From a virus, in IMG/VR virus record IMGVR_UViG_3300030090_007211, positions 87,932 to 151,931 of that record: a stretch of 64,000 bases of DNA; one strand, given 5' to 3'. The notes beneath the pieces were generated by a model that searched no databases, was not told where the DNA came from, and worked only from the letters and a program-made list of their open reading frames with translations. Below, piece by piece: positions 39,902-49,756 of the stretch. The translations under genes and the position numbers were made by a program. How positions within the stretch are numbered: the stretch's first letter is position 1; the number at the start of each line of letters is the position of its first letter.

Positions 39902-41155
39902 TTATATCTGGTAAAAATAATATTTTTTATCCTCATATTCCACCTCATCTTCTATACCATTATAAGTGGCAAGAAAATGTGGTACCCCATCATAAGAAAT
40001 TGCATTATCTATCAGGCTACTTACATTTACATCAGCATAACCATACTCTATAGCATCATCTAAATCATATCCCAGATAATCTTCAAGATATAAGAATGGA
40101 TCATCCTCAATATCAGTCAGCCATATTTCTTTTCTTAATTCCCAATATTGGGTTTGTAGTTCATCTCCCTCATAGGATTTCTTTTGTATTTTATACTCTT
40201 TCAGTTCGTCAGATAATTTATTTTTTTCTTTATACGTCATTTCAATCATAGTTTGGATTTCCATAAAAAATCTTTCCGCTTCATTCAATTTAATTTCTAA
40301 TCTTTCAACCTCCTCCCCAAATTCTTCATACCCATAAGCTTCATCTTCATACTCAATATGACCACTTAATTTTTCAATTTCTTTCTCTAAAATTATTTTT
40401 TCTTTTTCTATGTTATCTCGTTGAAACTCTAATTCTTGTATTTCTCTTAATGTTACAACTATTTCCTTTTTAAGGAATTCCATTTCCTCTTCTATATCTT
40501 CGTAGTCTTCTTGTAAACCTAACTGATCACGCATAGTAAAAGGGCTCATTCTCCCCATGTCGTCATCCGCTCGATATTCTGCCTGTTCTTCAATCCACCA
40601 ATACAACCAATTAACCTCATCTACAACCCAACTGCTATTAAAAGCATTTAACCCCTCATTATTATAATCATCTTCAATTATAGTGGAGGCTGCATCATAG
40701 GATTGTTGTTCGCTATTACTCACCAAATATTCTTGAGTGTGTGATGTATGAAATTGCGATGGATTATCATCTATTATAAAAGCTTCGTATTGGGGTAAAT
40801 AAACTCCTGTGGGATCTCCCGCATCTATTTCCTCAATAAAAAAAGGGTCAATATCTAAGAACTTACTTAATGCTTCTATGTTTTTATTTTTTGGGGACTT
40901 TTTATCTAAAATGGCACTTTCCATTTCACTAAATTTTTGATCACCCTTATCTTTATTGTTAATATATAATTTTATTAATTGGGTGAGCATATATGGATTA
41001 GTAATAGATAACACCTTAACTAAAAAGTGTAATACATCCTTCATTGAGGTTTCTACCCCTTTCTTCTCCATAATAGATAACATTTTTTTCTCTATTGGAG
41101 TTAATTTAACTTTTTTTTCTTCGCCTTCTACTAATATGTTAGAAAATTTCATCAT
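39902..41155 (-). CDS. acidic coiled-coil paralog-family protein with L-x-E leader
   Basis: MMKFSNILVE, KLTPIEKKML; similar to 53338..54483. Confidence 0.7.
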   Translation of the reverse strand: MMKFSNILVEGEEKKVKLTPIEKKMLSIMEKKGVETSMKDVLHFLVKVLSITNPYMLTQLIKLYINNKDKGDQKFSEMESAILDKKSPKNKNIEALSKFLDIDPFFIEEIDAGDPTGVYLPQYEAFIIDDNPSQFHTSHTQEYLVSNSEQQSYDAASTIIEDDYNNEGLNAFNSSWVVDEVNWLYWWIEEQAEYRADDDMGRMSPFTMRDQLGLQEDYEDIEEEMEFLKKEIVVTLREIQELEFQRDNIEKEKIILEKEIEKLSGHIEYEDEAYGYEEFGEEVERLEIKLNEAERFFMEIQTMIEMTYKEKNKLSDELKEYKIQKKSYEGDELQTQYWELRKEIWLTDIEDDPFLYLEDYLGYDLDDAIEYGYADVNVSSLIDNAISYDGVPHFLATYNGIEDEVEYEDKKYYFYQI

Positions 41156-42024
41156 GCAATATTATTTCTACTAAACTTTTTTAAATCTTCTAGATTATCT
41201 ATTTTATATTGAATGGCGTAATCCACTTCTCCTCTCTCGTCTTCTAACTGGGTTTGTTGACCTGGCTCATCAATTTCTACTACTTCCTTATCATGAGTAA
41301 CATTATAAATAATATCGAATCTATATTTATTTTCCTCCACCCATAATAAAAATTCACTCCCATCTTTGGGTAATTCTATTTTTTCATCACTTACTACTAT
41401 AACCTCTCTTCTCCATAAAGTTGCAGTATCAAACTCTCTCCAATGTCTGGTTTCTCCCCCACATTCCCGACAATCATACGATATCTCTCCCACCCCTTCA
41501 CAATCAGAACAATCTTCCGGACCTTCTTCTTCATCATATATTACACTTCCATCTCCATCACAATAATTACATTCTTCATACTCCCAACCAGAACCCTCAC
41601 AATTCTCACAATCCCACGATTCTTCATCATATCCTTCCACTATCTCATCTTCATAATAATAAACTTTAGTTACCCAAAATGGGTCATCTAATCTTAAAGG
41701 GTCTTTCTTAAAATCTTTAACATCTATGTTTCTATATAAAAGATATAAAATAGATGCAATATCACTTTCAGTCAAATCACTAAAAATATTCTGTAACCAC
41801 GTACGTAATGGTACTAACTGATCATATTCTTTTCTCTTCAGTGGCCACATATTTCTAAATAAATCACTCAAATCCTGAGTTATTGCCTTATTAGGGTCTT
41901 TTATCTGTTGGGAGATACGATTTAAATCAAAAGTCTTAGATATCATATCTAATGCCCTCCTATAGAATTTATTATCTAAAGGGGTTTCTCTTCGTTGTTC
42001 ATTTAATATATCTAAAAATTTCAT
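41152..42024 (-). CDS. acidic protein with four CxxCxGxG-type zinc-finger repeats
   Basis: CENCEGSG, CNYCDGDG, CSDCEGVG, CRECGGE; MKFLDILNE leader. Confidence 0.75.
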   Translation of the reverse strand: MKFLDILNEQRRETPLDNKFYRRALDMISKTFDLNRISQQIKDPNKAITQDLSDLFRNMWPLKRKEYDQLVPLRTWLQNIFSDLTESDIASILYLLYRNIDVKDFKKDPLRLDDPFWVTKVYYYEDEIVEGYDEESWDCENCEGSGWEYEECNYCDGDGSVIYDEEEGPEDCSDCEGVGEISYDCRECGGETRHWREFDTATLWRREVIVVSDEKIELPKDGSEFLLWVEENKYRFDIIYNVTHDKEVVEIDEPGQQTQLEDERGEVDYAIQYKIDNLEDLKKFSRNNIA

Positions 42025-42026
42025 AT

Positions 42027-42992
42027 CTAATAATGTAAATAATCGTTTAATATTTGACCAATGTAGGTAAATGTTTCATCCGTATCCCCATCAGTCTCAA
42101 AATGAATCTCCGGATGTTCGTCAACATATTTTTTAATATCTAACCCAATTTCTTCATTAACGTCTAACTCTTCGTCATCATACTGCCAACTAGGTTGAGA
42201 TCTTATATAATCTATTACTTTTTTAGCATCCACATCAGTAAAGTACTGATTTAATTGATCTATTGCCATCTCCATTTCCACTCTATCAATAAATAATAAC
42301 ACATCTTCCTCATTGTCCGCATCATACATCAACGGCTCATCTGCATGACTTGTCTCTAAATAAGAACTAGTAACATAAATTTTATCCCCCATCCCATGAG
42401 TATTAAATGTTTTCCAAAAATTTCGTTGTCCAAATTCAGGATTATATGGTTTCCAATTAGGATTAGTGTAACCCATAAAATCACCGCTACTAATAGGTAT
42501 TAAACTTTTACCACCAAAATTTCTTTCTCTTCTAAAAGATTCTGGATCATAAACTTCTTTTTTCCATCTTTCCCATAATTCTATCATTATACCTGGAGGT
42601 ACGGAATAGATTTCCATAAAATTTCCTTCACTACTAGAACCAGAACCAAACAAGTTTTTTAAATGTGCCACTAAACGTAAATTATCATTAATTAACGATT
42701 CCTTTTCAATCAATTTTGACCTTAAGGATAAAATGTCATCTATCTCCATATCTAATACATTTTTATGTGTATCCAATAATTCTTTTAGATTTTGGATTTG
42801 TATATTCGCATTCATTGCTGCGGCCCTATACTCATATGCTTCATTATTACTATACATAGTATTATATGCAGCATTAAACCAATCGGTATCCACATAAAGG
42901 TTCTCATACCATTGAGTAAGTTTAGGTATTAATGCATTGATAAATCTTTCATTACCTTTAGTATTTTCATATAGTATCTCAATTATTTTCAT
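42027..42992 (-). CDS. acidic L-x-E-leader protein
   Basis: MKIIEILYE. Confidence 0.6.
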   Translation of the reverse strand: MKIIEILYENTKGNERFINALIPKLTQWYENLYVDTDWFNAAYNTMYSNNEAYEYRAAAMNANIQIQNLKELLDTHKNVLDMEIDDILSLRSKLIEKESLINDNLRLVAHLKNLFGSGSSSEGNFMEIYSVPPGIMIELWERWKKEVYDPESFRRERNFGGKSLIPISSGDFMGYTNPNWKPYNPEFGQRNFWKTFNTHGMGDKIYVTSSYLETSHADEPLMYDADNEEDVLLFIDRVEMEMAIDQLNQYFTDVDAKKVIDYIRSQPSWQYDDEELDVNEEIGLDIKKYVDEHPEIHFETDGDTDETFTYIGQILNDYLHY

Positions 42993-43894
42993 TATACTTT
43001 TCCTAATATATCAATTATTATCATATCCATTACTCCTGGTTCACTTACTTTTTTCTTTTGAAATTCTTCTATTTTATTGGCGTCATCTTCTACATATGAT
43101 ACATATTCTTCTGTCACATCATCCATAAAAATCTCATCTAATATTATAACATCATCACTATATTTATCCATAAAATCATTATAATTTACCGGTGGAACCA
43201 TAATATGTGTAGAACCGTCGTCAAACTTCGCTTTACGAGTAGGTGAAATAATAGTAGATGGTGTAGGAATATCTTCTAAACTTAACATAATCCACTCATA
43301 TAGATTAATAGTATATTCCTCATAATCTTCGGGCACTTCGCCGCCTCCACCACACTCTTCACAATCATTGGTTACTTCTCCGCTTCCCTCACAGGAATCA
43401 CAAGATATCATGATAGGGTTACCCTCATCGTCCGTATCTGTTTCTTCTTCCCCACTTCCATCACACATTTGACACTCTTCGTCATTACTACCATAACCAT
43501 CACATTCATAACATTCCTCATAACGAGTATCCCATTCTTCTTGAATATCCCCATACGCACTTATATGATATAAATAACCATCCCAGTTGGTGGTTATATC
43601 ATCAACTAAATAATTTTTTTTCCCATTTAATAAAAGTATCCATATTAATTGCCCTATTCTTGTGGGTTCACTTATATAAAGAACATCTCTTATGAATTTT
43701 TGTATGGGTAAAATATAACTTTTAATAAAAGTCTTATAACGTGAGTTCCCATTAAAAGCATCGTACGCTATCTCAATTTTCTTAGGTAGTTGTTTAGAAA
43801 TAATACTTAACAACCTTCTATTAACCTTACTATCTAAGTCAGAAAGAGGAGATTGTGGAGATTTTTCTTCTAATATCTGTGTGAACTTTATCAT
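42992..43894 (-). CDS. acidic protein with four CxxCxGxG zinc-finger repeats, paralog of 41152..42024
   Basis: CYECDGYG, CQMCDGSG, CDSCEGSG, CEECGGGG; MIKFTQILEE leader. Confidence 0.75.
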   Translation of the reverse strand: MIKFTQILEEKSPQSPLSDLDSKVNRRLLSIISKQLPKKIEIAYDAFNGNSRYKTFIKSYILPIQKFIRDVLYISEPTRIGQLIWILLLNGKKNYLVDDITTNWDGYLYHISAYGDIQEEWDTRYEECYECDGYGSNDEECQMCDGSGEEETDTDDEGNPIMISCDSCEGSGEVTNDCEECGGGGEVPEDYEEYTINLYEWIMLSLEDIPTPSTIISPTRKAKFDDGSTHIMVPPVNYNDFMDKYSDDVIILDEIFMDDVTEEYVSYVEDDANKIEEFQKKKVSEPGVMDMIIIDILGKV

Positions 43895-43920
43895 ATACTA
43901 TAAATATATGGGAAATAGTA

Positions 43921-44376
43921 TTAAGATGTTATTTCACTAACCTTCCCTTTTAAAATTATGTCTTCGTCTATTGGTCTCCAATCTGTGATGTAATTAGAGT
44001 TAACTGGTTTTCCATCAGGAGGTATTGCAATAGTAATATGAGGGATATCTTTAGTAGTGGGATAACCTTCTACTTCTACGGCAATTGCATCTTCTGATAC
44101 CCCCACTTTTTTTACTAATAAAGATACTCTTTTATCTAAATCATCTTTTAATTCAGGTGGTAAAGATTCTTTAAACACTATAGTCATATGTTCCCCCATT
44201 TTATTCCAATGCAAAGGAATATCTACATAATTTTTGACTAACATAAGAAGATGGTCACGAGCGTCATCATCTAAAACTACGGCAGAATATAAAACCTTAT
44301 TTTTACCTTCTTTAATGAATTTAGATTTTTTCTTTATTAATCTTACACCTGCTTCTATAATATGTTTCTTTTTCAT
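43921..44376 (-). CDS. 2H phosphoesterase (tRNA-ligase cyclic-phosphodiesterase-like)
   Basis: two HxT motifs HMTI and HITI, YSAVVLD, PVNSN. Confidence 0.8.
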   Translation of the reverse strand: MKKKHIIEAGVRLIKKKSKFIKEGKNKVLYSAVVLDDDARDHLLMLVKNYVDIPLHWNKMGEHMTIVFKESLPPELKDDLDKRVSLLVKKVGVSEDAIAVEVEGYPTTKDIPHITIAIPPDGKPVNSNYITDWRPIDEDIILKGKVSEITS

Positions 44377-44397
44377 ATATAAATAAATAGTCTATAA

Positions 44398-44862
44398 TTA
44401 CGAATAAGGTATATATAATATACTATACCCTAATAAAAATAAAACTAATCTACCAAATGCATAAAGATCAATAATTGTGGTATTCTTAATAGGAATTAAA
44501 GAATTAATGGAATGGGAAAAGAAATGAAAATCTTCTTCTGCCAATCCCATTCTTCTAAGTTGAAAGAATACTCCTTTATGAAAACTTATCCCCATGAAAT
44601 AAACCCCAAAGCCATTAATAAATATTTCATTACTAAATTCATAGTTAGTATAAAAATATGCAACAATAAATGCCACCATCAATTTAAAAAAAGGTAAAAT
44701 TATTTTCCTTACCCACAAAAAACTTTCTTTTTGTTGTATAACTTGTTGATTATATAACAAATATTCTACCCCACCAATAATACTATTAAATAATGCCCAT
44801 ATTAAAAATATACATATATTCATTTTTTTATCTTTTAAAAATTTTACTGAAAAATAATTCAA
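44398..44862 (-). CDS. membrane protein
   Basis: four hydrophobic segments. Confidence 0.5.
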   Translation of the reverse strand: MNYFSVKFLKDKKMNICIFLIWALFNSIIGGVEYLLYNQQVIQQKESFLWVRKIILPFFKLMVAFIVAYFYTNYEFSNEIFINGFGVYFMGISFHKGVFFQLRRMGLAEEDFHFFSHSINSLIPIKNTTIIDLYAFGRLVLFLLGYSILYIPYS

Positions 44863-45217
44863 AAACTAAAGAAAAAGTAGTTTTATAAATTATAAAATCT
44901 ATTATTAAATTCAACCAACTTATCCCTATATCAATAAAAGGTTGATAAAACACAATCCCTAAACAAAAAAACGTAATCATAAAAGATTGTGCTAAATGCC
45001 ATAAATCTGTTGTCCATACAAAAATGGTTGATGATCCTATGAATCTTTCCCCATTTTTTCTATCCCCGTTTTTCCATTTATTTTTCCAACTTAATTTAGG
45101 GTTTGCCCATTGTTCAATGGAAGTATTTTTAAAAATAGAATTATCATAATGGAAAGAAATTTTATCCATTATTGCATTACTTATACCTGCTAATATTATA
45201 CAACTTAACGTTATCAT
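44828..45217 (-). CDS. membrane protein
   Basis: hydrophobic helices; SWKNKWK...TDLWHL. Confidence 0.55.
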   Translation of the reverse strand: MITLSCIILAGISNAIMDKISFHYDNSIFKNTSIEQWANPKLSWKNKWKNGDRKNGERFIGSSTIFVWTTDLWHLAQSFMITFFCLGIVFYQPFIDIGISWLNLIIDFIIYKTTFSLVFELFFSKIFKR

Positions 45218-45585
45218 TAATCAGGATTTATTTTATATCCATCACCAAAAATAAATTTAGCTAATTCTTCAAATACTTGAATGTCATGTACCTTTGCAAG
45301 ATAAAAAGAAAAAAACAAACCTACCCCTAATATAGATAACCAAAATCTATATACTCCAGACCAATCATCTGCCCACGCATTTCTTCCTTGACCAAACCCG
45401 TATTCCATAGGTGCATCACATTTTTCACAATATTTAGGAGCACTTTTAGTTTCCCATGGCTTTTCAATAAACTTACCCCTAAATTGGATATGTTCATAAT
45501 CATATTTCCCAATATAATTACATTTATGACACCGATACTGTTGTTTTATTAAAAGGTTTAAAGATGTTACTTTTTTTAATTTCAT
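45217..45585 (-). CDS. zinc-ribbon protein with TM anchor
   Basis: CHKC...CEKC and a C-terminal TM. Confidence 0.55.
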   Translation of the reverse strand: MKLKKVTSLNLLIKQQYRCHKCNYIGKYDYEHIQFRGKFIEKPWETKSAPKYCEKCDAPMEYGFGQGRNAWADDWSGVYRFWLSILGVGLFFSFYLAKVHDIQVFEELAKFIFGDGYKINPD

Positions 45586-46003
45586 ACCTTTTTTATATAA
45601 ATATAATAAAAGTTTAACTATTTGTGTATTTTTTAAAATAAAATGTTTATATTTAATTTATAAATAAAATTAAATTACAATATGGATAAAGGAAAAAATT
45701 TATTAATACTATACTTTCATAAGTATAAAACACATTTATTAGGTCTAGAAGAAAACGATTTAATAGAATTTTTAGATATGTCATTAACTGATATAAAAAA
45801 ACATGCCTCTAAATTTAGTAAATTAAAAACTAAACGAGGAGAATTAAGTGAAGATGAAAAACTACAACTTTCAGTATACGAAACCCATAAAGATTTAAAA
45901 AGATATAATCTATTGAGTGAAATTAAGTCTAATACTAATATTGATAAGTATATAAGTAGTAAAATCGCAAGATTAAATTATCCTCACCGAAATTTGAGAC
46001 CAC

Positions 46004-49000
46004 TTAATTAGTTTTTACTATATTGGCAGAATAGATTTCATATCTATTGTTTAAGGTAACAAAATAACTTCCGGCAGATAAGTTACTTATATTAACTACT
46101 TGTTCATTCTTTCCTTTTACATTATAAGGGGAAATTTCTTTTATTATTTTACCCATCATATCATAAATAAAGATATTATATTCACCAATAGAGGTTAAGT
46201 TATATTGGATGTGTATATTATCTCCAACCTTAGTGACATTATATTGATTCACATTAGAAATATAGTCATTTTGTAATTCCACTATATTAGAATATTCAAA
46301 GCTACCATCATAATCTGTTTGTTTTAATCTATAATAAGAAATCCCAGGTAAAGGATTATTATCGTATGTGACATAGGTTATAGGATCAAAACTATTGCCC
46401 GCACCAGGTATCTCCTCGATTTCTTCAAATTCAATACCATCTAAAGTTCTTTCTATTGTGAAAAAATCATTATTAATCTCTGTGGCGGTAGTCCAATTTA
46501 TTAAAACTTTATCTTGAACAAGATTAACATTAAAAGATAAAAGTTCGATTGGTAAGGCAGAACCACCCCCATCACCAAACCCAAAATCAGAAAAGGAAGT
46601 TAATCCATATGATTTTATTTTACCATGTACTGATGTTCTATATTCACTATTATCTGAAGCTAAGTCGCCAGCAATTGCCCACCCATTAATAGATGTGTTG
46701 GAAGTATCGGTTTTAATAGGTGCAAGTTTACCAGACGTACCCATTTCATCAAATACATTAGTATATAACAAAAGATCATAAGTACCGGACGTAGGTTGAT
46801 TATTAGGGTGTATTCTCCAATACCCTTCTTCTAACATTTTAGAAAGATTAAAAGCTTTAGTAGAATCCGTTTTAGGGACACTATATCCTGCATTTGCAAA
46901 ATCAGAGGCGGAAGAATAAGAAGGATGTTTACCCACTATAAATCTAGTGGTTATGTATGATACTCCTTCTAAATCTTTAAAATCTACCCTTGCTCGATAA
47001 TATCTTGGTGTTGACCCCCCATTTGGTGGAATGATACCCACCGGAAATTCATATTTTTGTTTACCTAAATAACCACTTGATTTAGTATGTCTTCTTAAAT
47101 TCCCCCAAACATACGATTTAGATTTTAAATTATGGGTAGTCCCATCCGCACCAACAATTGCGTTTGGATTTTTGTTTTTAATTACTACACGAGAAAATGG
47201 GTTTGTACCCACAGTTTTAATTACTCCATCGGTCAATTTAAGTTTACCATTAGTACCTATTATCAACCCATCTATAACATTAATGGAAACGGGATCCTTT
47301 GTATTGTTTATTTCAACATTATTAAATTGTTGCCCTTTACTAGTAACAGATTGGATGTCCGTTCCTGCAAATGTTACTGTATTAGTACCAGGAATAAATG
47401 TAGCACCCGCGGTTACTACGAAGTTACCTTTAAGAGTTATATCTTTATTCTGACAATTTAACTCTCCAGATGATAATCTTAAGTTACCATTTACCGTAGT
47501 ATTATCTGCTAGTAATACTCCACCTGAACCATTTATTGTTAGGTTATTTATTGTGTTACCATTTGTAGTTAAAGTAATAGAATTCGTACCACCCAATGTT
47601 ATATCTGCCGTCCCATAATGATCTGCAGAGAGAGTCATATCTTCCGTTACTTTTATTGGTGTTGACCCTAAACAAGAAACACTTATATCATCTAAACAAA
47701 TATCACTTGCATAGTTTGATCCTGTTATACCTTTAAAACGTATCACCAATGATTTTTCAGATTGGTAGGTAGTTAAATCTAATACTCCTTGCCTCCATTC
47801 TTTACCCATATCCCCTGCAACTGCACCACTACTCATAAAATCTAAATCATTTGTCCAATTCATCCCATGATCTTTACTTACTTGGACGGTTAGGGATCCC
47901 ATATCAGTACCATACATATGGTATTGAAATGTTAATACAGGGTAGGTTAGGACACTTAAGTTAAATGGTGGTGACCATAATTCAAATGTTTTATTCGGGT
48001 AATTAGGAGAGGATGCTTCTATATATAAAAACGTACTTGCACCTGATGGTCCTGTACTTGGAGATGGTGTTGATGATGAATTAGCTCTCCAATCTCCATT
48101 ATCGCCTGTTTTGTTTCTCCATGCAGTTGCAACAAATTCAAATCCTATATCTCCTGCTGTAGTTGAGTGATCTGTTTCTGATTCGAAATCAACCGATGCA
48201 GGAAACGATGATACTACGTTAGCTGATTTAACTGCAGTTGATTTAGTAGATGAATTACCACCAGTATTTGAAGCATATACTTCAACATTACCATTTTGTT
48301 TTCCAACGGTTACTGTAAGTGATTTTGTTCCTTGACCTGCAGTTATATTCCAGTCGGATGGTACTGCCCAAGTATAAGATGTAGCATTAGCAACTGGGTC
48401 AATTGTATATGTTTGGCTTGATGTTTCATTCGGATATGAATCCCCAGTTATTGCAACAGGTGCACTTGGGGGTGGAGTATAATTTGATGTTACAAGAGAT
48501 ATTTCATCAATGTGTACTACGTCTCCTCCACATCCTGCACTTTTACTTGCATTACTATATTTGGTACACGCTTCCCAAGCAACTGTAAAATTAGATCCGC
48601 TGTAAGCAGATAGATCATACTCCATAGTTTCCCATGTACCACATGTACTATTATTTTCCCCACTAAAATATATATCACCATTTTTATCAGCAACGGGAGT
48701 ACCATTTACTGTTAACCTAAACCAACTGTATAATTTATTATAGGTGTATTGTTGACGTTTCTTAAACTTTAAAGTAATAGTATTATCGTTAGTTGAACAT
48801 ATTTCTCTACTCACTTTAGAAACGTGGGTAGGTGAATTTTTAAATGCGTCTGGTCCGGTACCATAAGATGAACTCCAACCTGTACTTGTCCCCCCATCCA
48901 TTAATAAACCATATTTACCTGCAGAATAAGCATAACCGGATATACCCGCACCAGATTGGGAATTGGTGGTAGCAGACATTAGTGTAGTGCCCTCAAAGTC

Positions 49001-49606
49001 TTGAGTAAATGGTGTTTGTGCACATGGTGTAGGTCCATATCCTCCACAATCTGACGCACTACATACTACTATATCATCTAAACAAATATCACTAGTATAA
49101 CTAGGACCTAATTCCGCATAAAATCTAAGATAGGTTTCTACCCCTGCTAATACGTCTAAATCTATAGTTTTACTATACCATACATCTCCTTGATCCCCAC
49201 TAGCAATAGTTTTTAAAGTTATCCAATATGCACCATCAAGAGAAAATTGTAGTTTTAATGTTCCCATATTAGTACCATACATATGATAATAAAAACTTAT
49301 CTGAGGATCCGCAATCGCAGTAAAGTCTGCTTTAAATTCTATTCCTGCCGTACTACTATAATTTCCAGTTGCTTCTGTGTAGATGTAAAAATTTCCCCCA
49401 TTCGCACCTGCCGGTCCAGTTCCACTACTACCTGTTTTTCCTGAATGGAGAGTCCAATCCATATCATCCGATATTGATTGTTTCCAATTACCAAATCCTC
49501 CCCCTTCAAAACCTTCACTATCCGGTAACTGACCTAGCGTTACTCCACCATTGAAAATAAAAAATAAAATGATTAATTTATATAAGACTGTTTTAATCCA
49601 CTTCAC
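46004..49606 (-). CDS. 1200-aa secreted MAM/PKD-like-domain protein with T9SS sorting domain
   Basis: signal peptide; two MAM-like domains (FYYHMYG, DICLDDI); PKD-like YTWAVP; ALPIELLSF...YYRLKQTDYDG; CTD IYDMMGK...LSAGSYFV. Confidence 0.85.
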   Translation of the reverse strand: MKWIKTVLYKLIILFFIFNGGVTLGQLPDSEGFEGGGFGNWKQSISDDMDWTLHSGKTGSSGTGPAGANGGNFYIYTEATGNYSSTAGIEFKADFTAIADPQISFYYHMYGTNMGTLKLQFSLDGAYWITLKTIASGDQGDVWYSKTIDLDVLAGVETYLRFYAELGPSYTSDICLDDIVVCSASDCGGYGPTPCAQTPFTQDFEGTTLMSATTNSQSGAGISGYAYSAGKYGLLMDGGTSTGWSSSYGTGPDAFKNSPTHVSKVSREICSTNDNTITLKFKKRQQYTYNKLYSWFRLTVNGTPVADKNGDIYFSGENNSTCGTWETMEYDLSAYSGSNFTVAWEACTKYSNASKSAGCGGDVVHIDEISLVTSNYTPPPSAPVAITGDSYPNETSSQTYTIDPVANATSYTWAVPSDWNITAGQGTKSLTVTVGKQNGNVEVYASNTGGNSSTKSTAVKSANVVSSFPASVDFESETDHSTTAGDIGFEFVATAWRNKTGDNGDWRANSSSTPSPSTGPSGASTFLYIEASSPNYPNKTFELWSPPFNLSVLTYPVLTFQYHMYGTDMGSLTVQVSKDHGMNWTNDLDFMSSGAVAGDMGKEWRQGVLDLTTYQSEKSLVIRFKGITGSNYASDICLDDISVSCLGSTPIKVTEDMTLSADHYGTADITLGGTNSITLTTNGNTINNLTINGSGGVLLADNTTVNGNLRLSSGELNCQNKDITLKGNFVVTAGATFIPGTNTVTFAGTDIQSVTSKGQQFNNVEINNTKDPVSINVIDGLIIGTNGKLKLTDGVIKTVGTNPFSRVVIKNKNPNAIVGADGTTHNLKSKSYVWGNLRRHTKSSGYLGKQKYEFPVGIIPPNGGSTPRYYRARVDFKDLEGVSYITTRFIVGKHPSYSSASDFANAGYSVPKTDSTKAFNLSKMLEEGYWRIHPNNQPTSGTYDLLLYTNVFDEMGTSGKLAPIKTDTSNTSINGWAIAGDLASDNSEYRTSVHGKIKSYGLTSFSDFGFGDGGGSALPIELLSFNVNLVQDKVLINWTTATEINNDFFTIERTLDGIEFEEIEEIPGAGNSFDPITYVTYDNNPLPGISYYRLKQTDYDGSFEYSNIVELQNDYISNVNQYNVTKVGDNIHIQYNLTSIGEYNIFIYDMMGKIIKEISPYNVKGKNEQVVNISNLSAGSYFVTLNNRYEIYSANIVKTN

Positions 49607-49728
49607 ATTTCTCCTTTGCGGTATTTAGTTAAATAATATAAGTTTAATGTATTTCCAACACTTCCTATATTTTTATACCTAAAAACAAAAAAAGTAAACT
49701 TCTTTTATATAAATATGTAAAATTACTA

Positions 49729-49753
49729 GAAAAGGGGGTGAGACACCCCCTTC
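49729..49753 (-). terminator. intrinsic terminator
   Basis: AAGGGGGTG-AGA-CACCCCCTT hairpin right after the stop of 49757..52897. Confidence 0.8.
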
Positions 49754-49756
49754 TTA

